From NCBI GenBank assembly GCA_965215195.1, contig CBDCDC010000001.1:480001-544000 (forward strand): a stretch of 64,000 nucleotides of DNA, in the 5' to 3' direction. Below, one piece after another: positions 8,754 through 17,209 of the stretch. Every line of letters starts with the position of its first letter. Within the stretch, counting starts at the first letter, position 1. The notes under the pieces are model-generated. The model did no database searches. It was not told the DNA's origin and saw only the letters and a program-made list of their open reading frames with translations. Source of the DNA: Candidatus Latescibacterota bacterium. Its GTDB lineage: Bacteria > Latescibacterota > UBA2968 > UBA8231. A program made the position numbers and the translations under genes.

Positions 8754-10100
8754 ATGGCTGGAGAGACCATTCTGGTAATTGACGACGAGGCCGCGCAGCG
8801 CGAGGCCGTGAGTGGCTATTTGCGCAAGCGGGGTTTTGCGGTCTTACAGGCCGCCAACGGGCGGGCGGGCTTGGCCCTATTGCAGGGCCAAGTGATCGAT
8901 CTGATTATCACGGATTTGCGGATGCCAGAGCTAGACGGGATGGGCGTGCTTGCCGCCGCCCGCGAGACCAACCCCGCCATTGGGGTGGTGCTAGCGACGG
9001 CTTTCGGAACGGTTGATGGGGCCGTTGACGCCATGCAGGAAGGGGCCTTCTACTACCTGCAAAAGCCGCTTGACCTCGACGTGCTCGACCGGATCGTCGA
9101 TCGCGCCTTGGAGCAGCGGCACCGCATCTCGGAAAACGAGCTCCTCCGCCAGCAGATTGGGGAGCGGGTGCCGTTTGGCGGCATTATGGGCTGCTCGCCG
9201 GCCATAGAAGAGGCCCTCAACGTGGTGGCGCGGGTCGCGCCGAGCCGGGCGACCGTGCTGTTGCGCGGCGAGTCGGGCACCGGCAAGGAGCTGATGGCGC
9301 GCGCAGTACACGAGGCCAGCCCCCGAGCCGCCCGCCCCTTTGTGGCCGTCAACTGCGCCGCCCTCAACAAGGGCTTGATCGAAAGCGAGCTGTTTGGGCA
9401 CGAGAAAGGGGCCTTTACCGGGGCCGACGCCCGGCGCATCGGCCGCTTTGAGCAGGCCGACGGAGGCACCTTATTCCTCGACGAGTTGGCCGAAATCCCC
9501 CTTGACGTGCAGGTCAAACTCTTGCGGGTCTTGCAGGAGCGCAAGATCGAGCGCGTCGGCAGCGGCGTTGAGATCGAGGTTGATGTGCGGCTGATCGGGG
9601 CGACGAATCGAGATTTGGAGGCGCTGGTAGCGCAAGGGACGTTCCGCGAGGATCTGTTTTACCGGCTCAACGTCGTCGCGGTGGACCTGCCGCCGTTGCG
9701 GCACCGCAAGGGCGACATTCCCCTGCTCGCCGACCACTTTCTCGCCCGCTACGCCGAGGAAAACGCCAAAGCCGTCGGCGAGATCTCCAAAGAGGCCTTG
9801 GAGCTCCTAACGCGCTACGCCTACCCGGGCAATGTGCGCGAGTTGCAAAACATCGTCGAGCGCGCGGTGGTCATGGCGCGCGGCCCAGTGGTGACACGGG
9901 CAGATTTGCCAGCCGAAGTGCAAAAAGCAGTGGCTGGGCCGGACGCGGACACCTTGCCCGCGCAAGTGGAGGAACTGGAAAAGACGGCCATTGCCCAAGC
10001 CTTGGAGCGGGCCGGCGGCGTCCAGAGCCGGGCCGCCGAGATGCTGGGTCTGACCGAGCGCAACCTGCGCTACAAGCTAAAGAAATACAGGCTAAAGTAG
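8754..10100 (+). CDS. sigma54-dependent response regulator (ZraR/AtoC-like; REC-AAA-HTH)
   Basis: VIDDE, DLRMP, GESGTGKE, ESELFGHEKGAFTGA, FREDLFYRLNV, Fis-type HTH. Confidence 0.92.
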   Translation: MAGETILVIDDEAAQREAVSGYLRKRGFAVLQAANGRAGLALLQGQVIDLIITDLRMPELDGMGVLAAARETNPAIGVVLATAFGTVDGAVDAMQEGAFYYLQKPLDLDVLDRIVDRALEQRHRISENELLRQQIGERVPFGGIMGCSPAIEEALNVVARVAPSRATVLLRGESGTGKELMARAVHEASPRAARPFVAVNCAALNKGLIESELFGHEKGAFTGADARRIGRFEQADGGTLFLDELAEIPLDVQVKLLRVLQERKIERVGSGVEIEVDVRLIGATNRDLEALVAQGTFREDLFYRLNVVAVDLPPLRHRKGDIPLLADHFLARYAEENAKAVGEISKEALELLTRYAYPGNVRELQNIVERAVVMARGPVVTRADLPAEVQKAVAGPDADTLPAQVEELEKTAIAQALERAGGVQSRAAEMLGLTERNLRYKLKKYRLK

Positions 10101-10102
10101 CT

Positions 10103-11245
10103 TCAAAAACCGAGCCGGACGCCCGCGGAGTACGCATGGGCGTCCGCATTGTAGAAAGCGTCGTTGGACGCGACCGCGCGGTAGAGCCACTCCAGTTCGA
10201 GGGCGATCTCTCGGAGCCGGGTGCTTTCTAGGTAAAACACACGCCCTAGGCTCAAGCGTGCGGTGCGGCGCGTTTCCGCCGTGGATTCCCCAGTGGGAAA
10301 TGCTGGCCGGTGGCTGTAGAGGCGGCTTTCGCTTTGCAAGGAGGTCGCCAATTCCCAGTCTAGCGGGGCCAAGTACTTTAGAGTGGCACTCCATTGATCC
10401 CCATCATAGTTGTAGAGGTCTTCAAAAAGCTCGTCCGGGTCGTACCAGTGCGCCTTGGAGGCCTGAGCTTCGTAGAGCTGCGCCTTAGATTTCGTCTTGG
10501 CCTTGTAGCCATCGTCGAAGAGTTCGTCCGGGTCGTACCAGAACCAATCGGCATAGCGGCTCTGGCCGGCGAGGTTGCGCTGGTGGTGCCACGCTAGCTG
10601 CAATCCGAGGTTGGGCCCCAGGGATTGGGCGGCCTTGAGGCGGGTGCCCCACCTGAGCAGGTTGCGGCTGGGCTGGGCCGTTTCTCGCAGGTAGGATTTA
10701 AGGCCCAACTCGCCGTTTAGCTGCAAGGTGGTGCGGGTGGGAAAGTAGTGGGTTAGCTGGGCGTCGAGGTGCTGTTCGGCGTAGTTGTAGTCGGCCGCGT
10801 TGAGAAAGTTTTGGTAGCTCAGGGTATAGTCGAGGCGGCCGAGCATATCCGGGTGTAGATAAGACTCAACGCTGGCGAAAGCCCAGCCGGCCGCAAAGTC
10901 TCGGTAGGAGTAGAGCGGGCGGTCCAAGCGCAGGCTTAGGGCGGCACCAGAAAAGAACAGGCCGGCCGCCCCCAAGGGACGCGCATAGCTCGCGCCAAAG
11001 CGGTGCAAGTGGTTGAAAAGGTCGGGGTTTTCGCTGAATACGTTGGCGCTGCCCGAGTAGTACAAGTCCAAGTCGGCGTCGAGCTGGTAGGAGAAGTCGA
11101 TATAGGCCGACTGGATCAGGTCGCTGCGCTGGCTGGTGGTGAGAAAAACATTGTCCGTATAGGTGGCGTACAGGTCGGCGTTGAGCGCGACTTGAGCCTC
11201 GGCTGCGGAAATTAGCGCGATTAGGCAGGCGGGTAGGCACTTCAT
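10103..11245 (-). CDS. Putative outer-membrane beta-barrel protein
   Basis: Signal peptide, YTDNVF, alternating Tyr-rich strands, C-terminal YSAGVRLGF beta-signal. Confidence 0.65.
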   Translation of the reverse strand: MKCLPACLIALISAAEAQVALNADLYATYTDNVFLTTSQRSDLIQSAYIDFSYQLDADLDLYYSGSANVFSENPDLFNHLHRFGASYARPLGAAGLFFSGAALSLRLDRPLYSYRDFAAGWAFASVESYLHPDMLGRLDYTLSYQNFLNAADYNYAEQHLDAQLTHYFPTRTTLQLNGELGLKSYLRETAQPSRNLLRWGTRLKAAQSLGPNLGLQLAWHHQRNLAGQSRYADWFWYDPDELFDDGYKAKTKSKAQLYEAQASKAHWYDPDELFEDLYNYDGDQWSATLKYLAPLDWELATSLQSESRLYSHRPAFPTGESTAETRRTARLSLGRVFYLESTRLREIALELEWLYRAVASNDAFYNADAHAYSAGVRLGF

Positions 11246-11934
11246 TTGCGGTCCTTTTGCTTTTTGTACTGCTTGGCATCTTTTAGACGCGGGGGTACGT
11301 AGCGGCGTTTTAGGCGTTTTTTGACTAGGTATTTCGCGCGCTCGTCCGGGTGCTTTAGGAGGCGGCGCAAAAGGCGGGCGTCGTCAATGCCGTCGCCATC
11401 CTCGTCCAAGAAGAAGTCCATCCGCCGGTTTAGAGCGCGTAGCCGCTGGTGCAGCCGCTTGAGCGGATCGTGCATGCCGTCGCCATCGGCGTCGCGGAAG
11501 TGCTTGATCCGGTGCTTGCGCTCTTCGACGATGCGGCCAAAGCGATAGCCCATAAGCCCGTGCGGGCCGTACTTTGCGCCGGTTATATCGTTTAAGCGGT
11601 CGCCATTGCAATCGACGACATTGTCGATGAAGCCGTCTTTGTCGGCGTCGCGGAAGCGGCTGTCGAGGTCGTTTACGCCGTCGCCATCGGCGTCGCGGAA
11701 GCGGTCGTTTACGCCGTCGCCATCCTCGTCGGCAAAGGAAAAGTGGTGGGGATAAGGCTGGCCATCGCGGTCGTTTACGCCGTCGCCATCCTCGTCGCGG
11801 AAGCGGTCGTTTACGCCGTCGCGGTCGGCATCGACATAGCCGACGACGGGCGCGGGGGTTGCGTCGGCCGGCCCGGATTGGGCGCAGACGGAACAGGCCA
11901 GCAGGGCGCTGGCCGCGATAGCGATGACGACCAT
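11242..11934 (-). CDS. Secreted protein with multiple DxDxDG calcium-binding-type motifs and a basic C-terminus
   Basis: Signal peptide; about 8 D(A/E)DGDGVND-like repeats, also repeated at DNA level. Confidence 0.7.
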   Translation of the reverse strand: MVVIAIAASALLACSVCAQSGPADATPAPVVGYVDADRDGVNDRFRDEDGDGVNDRDGQPYPHHFSFADEDGDGVNDRFRDADGDGVNDLDSRFRDADKDGFIDNVVDCNGDRLNDITGAKYGPHGLMGYRFGRIVEERKHRIKHFRDADGDGMHDPLKRLHQRLRALNRRMDFFLDEDGDGIDDARLLRRLLKHPDERAKYLVKKRLKRRYVPPRLKDAKQYKKQKDRK

Positions 11935-11956
11935 GTTTCTCTCCATCCGCTCGTAC

Positions 11957-11998
11957 GCAACAGACAGCACCCGGGAGCGGCCGAGTGCCGTCTGTTGC
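11957..11998. terminator. Intercistronic stem-loop downstream of the Spy-like gene
   Basis: gcaacagacagcac / gtgccgtctgttgc inverted repeat. Confidence 0.55.
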
Positions 11999-12009
11999 TT
12001 TTTGCCGTG

Positions 12010-12738
12010 CTATCGGCCGAAGGACTCCTTGACGCGGCCCCAGCTCGTCTCCTCGACGGCTGTCGTGGCTTTGCCCGCAGCCGCTGGCTCGCTCTCTTCC
12101 TCGCTGCCCTTTGAATGGCTGCCGCGAAAGGTTGCGCGCTGTTCGGCGGTCAGGATGGCCTCAAAGCCGGCGCGGTACTGTTCGCCGAGGGCCTGCTTCT
12201 GCTCGTTTAGGCCCTCTCTGAGTGCTTGGATCTGGGCCTGCTGATCGTCGCTCAAGCCGAGTTGCTCGACCAACGCGCCCTTGTGCTTTCCTCGCTTGCC
12301 GCGATTGGCCGTAAGTCCTGCGAGGGCGTCGCGCTGCTCATCGGTTAGGATGGCCTCAAAGCCGGCGCGGTACTCTTCTTTAGTCAGGTCCTGCTCTTTG
12401 AGGGCTTGAATTTGCGTCTGCTGGTCGTCGCTCAGGCCGAGCGGGTTCCTGATTGCCGCGAGGGTTTGGTGCTGCTCGTCGGTCAGGATGGCCTCAAAGC
12501 CGGCGCGGTACTGTTCGCCGAGGGCCTGTCTCTGGCCGCGTATGTCCTCTTTGAGGGCTTGAATTTGCGCTTGCTGGTCTTCGCTCAGGCCGAGTTGCTC
12601 GACCAACGCGCCCTTGTGCCCGCTGCGCTTGCCGTGCCCGTGGAATCCCTGCTTGCCTCCCCGGCCTCGCGCCGAGGTGTCCATGGCTGCCGCGGCTACC
12701 AACAGCAGCGCGGCTGCGATTCCCCACGTTGTCTTCAC
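12010..12738 (-). CDS. Spy/CpxP/ZraP-like periplasmic protein with three LTxxQ-type repeats and a C-terminal TSWGRVK motif
   Basis: AAGGAGG RBS then GTG; signal peptide; Gly/His-rich segment; LGLS(E/D)DQQ...ILT(D/A)EQ x3. Confidence 0.75.
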   Translation of the reverse strand: MKTTWGIAAALLLVAAAAMDTSARGRGGKQGFHGHGKRSGHKGALVEQLGLSEDQQAQIQALKEDIRGQRQALGEQYRAGFEAILTDEQHQTLAAIRNPLGLSDDQQTQIQALKEQDLTKEEYRAGFEAILTDEQRDALAGLTANRGKRGKHKGALVEQLGLSDDQQAQIQALREGLNEQKQALGEQYRAGFEAILTAEQRATFRGSHSKGSEEESEPAAAGKATTAVEETSWGRVKESFGR

Positions 12739-12802
12739 GATGTGCCTCCTTGAAAGAGATAAGTGTGCTGCCCAACGTGCATCGTTGGGTCGCACTGTAT
12801 TT

Positions 12803-12819
12803 AGCAACCTCCGTGCCAA
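12803..12819 (-). promoter_or_regulatory. sigma54 promoter of the Spy-like operon
   Basis: TTGGCACGGAGGTTGCT matches TGGCAC-N5-TTGCW. Confidence 0.85.
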
Positions 12820-12906
12820 GTGAGAGCATTTTTTTGCAAAGTGCCGTTTTACAGTGGGCAACAGCCCTGCGTCGTGGCAAAAGAGCCGTAGACTTGGTGC
12901 GGCGAA

Positions 12907-13014
12907 TTCGACCATTTGGTCGAAGCAGGTAGAGCTTAACATGGCATAACATTTTGTTTTTATTGGTCAGATAGATAATTCGACCAAGGCTAAAAATTCG
13001 ACCGAATGGTCGCT
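12907..13014. promoter_or_regulatory. Candidate enhancer sites, TTCGACC-N4-GGTCG(AA)
   Basis: Near-perfect palindrome (8-bp arms) at 12907-12924, half site at 12979-12986, second site at 12997-13014. Confidence 0.6.
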
Positions 13015-13037
13015 GGTAAAGCAAATCCCACCAAACC

Positions 13038-14432
13038 TTATCCCCGCCCCAACACCCGCGCCGGCAGATGCGTAGCCAGCTCCGGCGCAAACCACAGCCC
13101 CACTAACAGCAGCACCTGAATCGCGATAAAGGGCACGACCCCCCGGTAGATCTGCGGTGTGCTGATCTGAGGAGGGGCGACGCCACGCAAGTAAAAGAGC
13201 GAGAAGCCAAACGGGGGCGTGAGAAAAGAGGTCTGCAAGTTCAGGGCGATCATCACGCCCAACCACACCGGATCCAAACCCATGGCCAAGAGAATCGGGC
13301 CGACGATGGGGACGACGACGAAGATGATCTCGAAGAAGTCGAGAAAGAAGCCGAGCAAAAACATCACGGCCATCACCAGCGCGAAAGAGCCGACCACGCC
13401 GCCGGTCGCCTCATGGGTCAGAAAGCTCTCGACCGCTTCGTCGCCGCCGTAGCCGCGAAAGACCAACGAAAACACACTCGCGCCGATGAGTATGGTAAAA
13501 ACCATGGCGTTGATCTCAGTAGTGGCGCGCATGACTTCTTTGAGTGCGGCGCGGTTGAACTGTCCTTTGGCCAGCGCCAAGAGCATGGCACCAACGGCCC
13601 CGACCGAAGCCGCCTCGGTCGGGGTGGCCACCCCTAAGAGGATGGAGCCGAGCACCCCGCCGATGAGGACTAGGGGCGGCACGAGGGCCGCGCCGAGGCG
13701 GCCGAGGAAGGCCGCGCTGAGGATTTGTACGCGCTCCGCGGCCGGCACGGCTGGCACGGCAGCAGGCTTGAGGAGGCCGAGGCCGACGATGTAGAGGATA
13801 TAGAGGCCCATCAGCACGAGGCCGGGCACGAGCGCCCCCATAAAGAGGTCGCCGACCGACACCGAAACCGGGGCAAAATTGCCCATTTTGATCTGGGCCT
13901 GCTGGTAGGCCGAGGAGACGACGTCGCCGAGGATGACTAGCACAATGCTGGGCGGGATGATCTGGCCGAGCGTTCCCGAGGCGCAGATGATGCCGGTGGC
14001 AACCGCTGGGGAGTACGCGCGTTTGAGCATGGCCGGCAGCGAAATGAGACCCATGGTGACGACCGTTGCGCCGACGATGCCGGTGGAGGCCGCCAACAGG
14101 CCCCCGACGAGGCAGACCGAAATCCCCAGCCCCCCGCACAAGCGGCCGCAGAGTTGGGCCATGGTTTCGAGCAGGTCCTCGGCGATTTTTGAGCGCTCTA
14201 ACACGACCCCCATAAAGACGAACAGGGGCACGGCCATCAGGGTCTCGTTGGCCATGATGCCGTAGATGCGGGCCGGCAAGGCCGAGAGAAAGGCCGCGTC
14301 AAAGTGGCCGGTGAGGACGCCGAGGCCGGCAAAGCCGAGGGCCGTACCCGCGAGACAAAAGGCCACCGGGAAGCCGGATAGCAGCACCGCGAAGGTGCAG
14401 AGGAACATGGCCAGCGGCGCGAGTTCGCTCAT
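13038..14432 (-). CDS. dctM: TRAP transporter large permease
   Basis: AVPLFVFMG, GTLGQIIPPSI, ATPTEAA, FLTPPFG; likely start MSELAPL. Confidence 0.92.
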   Translation of the reverse strand: MSELAPLAMFLCTFAVLLSGFPVAFCLAGTALGFAGLGVLTGHFDAAFLSALPARIYGIMANETLMAVPLFVFMGVVLERSKIAEDLLETMAQLCGRLCGGLGISVCLVGGLLAASTGIVGATVVTMGLISLPAMLKRAYSPAVATGIICASGTLGQIIPPSIVLVILGDVVSSAYQQAQIKMGNFAPVSVSVGDLFMGALVPGLVLMGLYILYIVGLGLLKPAAVPAVPAAERVQILSAAFLGRLGAALVPPLVLIGGVLGSILLGVATPTEAASVGAVGAMLLALAKGQFNRAALKEVMRATTEINAMVFTILIGASVFSLVFRGYGGDEAVESFLTHEATGGVVGSFALVMAVMFLLGFFLDFFEIIFVVVPIVGPILLAMGLDPVWLGVMIALNLQTSFLTPPFGFSLFYLRGVAPPQISTPQIYRGVVPFIAIQVLLLVGLWFAPELATHLPARVLGRG

Positions 14433-14920
14433 GGGCTGCGGAGGGTTTGCACGCTGTGGTGAATGATGGCTAGGGCTTGCAGCAACAGCAACGAGAAGCA
14501 CAGGGGAATGGCGGTTTTGAGCAGATAGACCGCCTCCAAGCCGCCGCCATCTTTGGAGCCCTCGAGCACGGCCCAAGAGTCGGCGACAAAGGGCAGCGAC
14601 TGGTAGAGCAGCACCGTGCAGCAGGGGATCAGCAGCAGCGCACTGCCCAAGAGATTGACGAGGGCCTTGCGCCGGACGCCCAAGGGCCGGTAGAGGATAT
14701 CGACGCGGACGTGCGCGTCGCGCGAGAGGGTGTAACCGGCCGCGAGGAGGAAGGTAAAGGCGTGCATGTACAGGGCTATTTCCTGCATCCACACCCAGCC
14801 GCGCCCAAACAGGTAGCGCAAGATGACGATGGCAAAGGTCACCAAGACCATGCCCAGCGTCAGCCAAGGCACGGTGTGGGCGACGAAGCGGTTGAGGCGT
14901 TCCATGCGGGCGTCAGCCAA
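14429..14920 (-). CDS. dctQ: TRAP transporter small permease
   Basis: VILRYLF, WMQE, HVRVDILY; four TM segments; start uncertain. Confidence 0.88.
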   Translation of the reverse strand: MADARMERLNRFVAHTVPWLTLGMVLVTFAIVILRYLFGRGWVWMQEIALYMHAFTFLLAAGYTLSRDAHVRVDILYRPLGVRRKALVNLLGSALLLIPCCTVLLYQSLPFVADSWAVLEGSKDGGGLEAVYLLKTAIPLCFSLLLLQALAIIHHSVQTLRSP

Positions 14921-16037
14921 AGGTCAGGGCGCGGGCCTGAGTATAGGCTTCCTCGGAGATGCGCGTGTACGCGATGGAGTTTTTGCGGAAGGCGTCAAAC
15001 GAGCGATAAACCCGGCTGGAAAAGGGGTCTTGGCCGGCGATCTCGGCTACGACTTCGGCGGCCACTTGGCCGATTTGCGCCAAGAGTTCGTCGGGAAAGC
15101 GCCGGAGTTGGACGCCGTGTTCTTCGACCAAGGTCTTGAGGGCGTGGCCGTTGCGCGCGGTGAACTCGCTGAGCATGTCGTCGTTGGCCGCTTGGCAGGC
15201 ATATTCGACGACAGCTTGGAGGTCTGCGGGAAGGGCTTCCAAGGCTTGCTTGTTGACCATGCACTCTAGCGTCGTCCCGGGCTCGTGCCAGCCCGGCCAG
15301 TAGTAGTATTGGGCGGCTTGGTGCAGCCCAAAGGCGAGATCGTTGTACGGGCCGACCCATTCGGTGGCGTCGATGGCCCCGGTCTTGAGGGCTTGGAAGA
15401 TCTCGCCGCCGGGCAGGGCTTTGACCGTGGCTTGGAGGCGGCGCAGGACCTCGCCGCCCAAGCCCGGCATCCGCATGACCAAGCCGGAAAAGTCGCTTAG
15501 GGCGTTGATTTCCCGGTTGAACCAACCGCCCATCTGCACGCCGGTGTTGCCGACGGGAAAGGCCCGCAGGTTGAAGGAGGCGTAGAGCTCGTCCCACAAG
15601 CTCTGGCCACCGCCATAGCGCAGCCAGCCGTTGATCTCGGCCGCGTTGAGCCCAAAGGGGACGGCCGAAAAAAATTGGGTCGCCTCGTGCTTGCCCTTCC
15701 AGTAGTAAGCAGCGCCGTGGCCCATCTCGGCGGTGCCGCCGGCGACCGCGTCGAACACGCCCGAGGCCGGCACCAGCTCACCCGCGCCGTACACCTTGAC
15801 TTGCAGGCGTCCCCCGGACAGGGCCGCCATGCTGTGAGCGAGGTTGTTGGCCCCGGTGCCCAAGGCCGGAAAGTCCTTGGGCCACGTGGTGACCATCTTC
15901 CACTTGAAGTGGCGTTGGGATTGGACGGCCGGGGCCGCTTGCTGTTCGGCTTGGCCACAGGCGGCCAAGGTGCCGGCCGCTAGCAGTGGGGTGCTTTGCA
16001 GAAAGGAGCGGCGCGAGCGTGGTGCAGAATCGTGCAT
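14913..16037 (-). CDS. dctP: TRAP substrate-binding protein (TakP-like, Tat/lipoprotein signal)
   Basis: SRRSFL twin-arginine; WKMVTTWP, GNTGVQMGGWF, EWVGPYND, PGWHEPG. Confidence 0.9.
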   Translation of the reverse strand: MHDSAPRSRRSFLQSTPLLAAGTLAACGQAEQQAAPAVQSQRHFKWKMVTTWPKDFPALGTGANNLAHSMAALSGGRLQVKVYGAGELVPASGVFDAVAGGTAEMGHGAAYYWKGKHEATQFFSAVPFGLNAAEINGWLRYGGGQSLWDELYASFNLRAFPVGNTGVQMGGWFNREINALSDFSGLVMRMPGLGGEVLRRLQATVKALPGGEIFQALKTGAIDATEWVGPYNDLAFGLHQAAQYYYWPGWHEPGTTLECMVNKQALEALPADLQAVVEYACQAANDDMLSEFTARNGHALKTLVEEHGVQLRRFPDELLAQIGQVAAEVVAEIAGQDPFSSRVYRSFDAFRKNSIAYTRISEEAYTQARALTFG

Positions 16038-16044
16038 GGGAGTC

Positions 16045-16725
16045 TCAGCTTTTGTCGATTAGGTGGCAGGAGCCGTCGTCTTGGCCGACGATCACGAGAT
16101 GGGTCAGGCCGAGGAAAAGCCCGTTTTCCACGACCCCGGGCAGGGCGTTGAGCCAGCGCTCGGTGGCGCGGGCGTCGTCGATCCCGGTGGGAAAACGAGC
16201 GTCGATGACCCAGTTGCCGTTGTCGGTGACAAATGGGATGTCCGGTGCGCACAAGCGCAAGGCCGGGGCGAGGCCCCGCTCTTGGAGACACCGCACGATG
16301 AGGGGATGGGACCAAGGGACGACCTCGACCGGCAGCGGAGCCTTGGTGCCGAGCCGATTGACTAGCTTGGATGGGTCGGCGACAATGATTTGGCGCGTGG
16401 TGATGGAGGCGACGACCTTCTCGCGCAGGAGTGCGCCGCCGAGGCCCTTGATTAAGTCGAGGCTGGGATCGACCTCGTCGGCCCCGTCAATGGTCAAATC
16501 GGCGCTGGACACCTCGGCGAGCGTCGTCAGCTCAATACCGAGGGCGCGGGCCAAGGCGGCCGTGGCTTCCGAGGTGGGGATGGCCTTGACCACCAGCCCG
16601 GCCGCGACGCGCTCGCCGAGGGCGCGGATGGCCCATTCGGCGGTCGAGCCAGTACCCAAGCCTACGATCATACCGGCTTCAATGTACTCGGCCGCGCAGC
16701 GGCCGGCGGCTTCTTTCGGCGTCAT
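16045..16725 (-). CDS. rpiA: Ribose-5-phosphate isomerase A
   Basis: GLGTGST, DGADEVD, IKGLGGALLREK, PGVVENGLF. Confidence 0.95.
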   Translation of the reverse strand: MTPKEAAGRCAAEYIEAGMIVGLGTGSTAEWAIRALGERVAAGLVVKAIPTSEATAALARALGIELTTLAEVSSADLTIDGADEVDPSLDLIKGLGGALLREKVVASITTRQIIVADPSKLVNRLGTKAPLPVEVVPWSHPLIVRCLQERGLAPALRLCAPDIPFVTDNGNWVIDARFPTGIDDARATERWLNALPGVVENGLFLGLTHLVIVGQDDGSCHLIDKS

Positions 16726-16737
16726 GTCGTTATCAAT

Positions 16738-17205
16738 TCACAGGCGCGTGCAATAGTGGATTTGGCGGGCGACTTCCTCAAAACCGAGGCTGGGATACAA
16801 GTGCGCGCCGATGGGGTTTTGCGCCAGCGTCTCGATTTTGGCGCACTCCATGCCAGCGGCGCGCAAGTGCGCTAGGCCGTGCTCTAGGAGCTGGCGGCCC
16901 ATGCCCTCGCCTTGGCAATGCGGCAGAACGGCGATGTTGGGGATCCCGCCTATTTTGCTCTCGCGGTCAATGCGGGTGGTGATGTAGCCTACTACCTCGC
17001 CGTCCTCCTCCCACACAAAAACGCCGCCCGCCCGCTCGCCGGCCACGTCGTCGTCAATGTGGCGCAGCTTGCGAAATTGCCAGTCGCGGCCGCCGATTAG
17101 CCCGAAGCGCTGCTCAATGTTGTGGTCGATGGATACCCCGGGGAAGCAGACGGCCGTGATGTGCTTGAGCGCGGCCAAGTCCTCTGGGCGATAGGGGCGG
17201 ATCAC
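16738..17205 (-). CDS. GNAT-family N-acetyltransferase
   Basis: IAVLPHCQGEGMG acetyl-CoA motif; LYPSLGF. Confidence 0.85.
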   Translation of the reverse strand: MIRPYRPEDLAALKHITAVCFPGVSIDHNIEQRFGLIGGRDWQFRKLRHIDDDVAGERAGGVFVWEEDGEVVGYITTRIDRESKIGGIPNIAVLPHCQGEGMGRQLLEHGLAHLRAAGMECAKIETLAQNPIGAHLYPSLGFEEVARQIHYCTRL

Positions 17206-17209
17206 GAGG

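Noticed and set aside
14433-14867. N-terminal extension of DctM suggesting a DctQM fusion
   Set aside because: DctQ is encoded in another frame; the likely DctM start is at 14432
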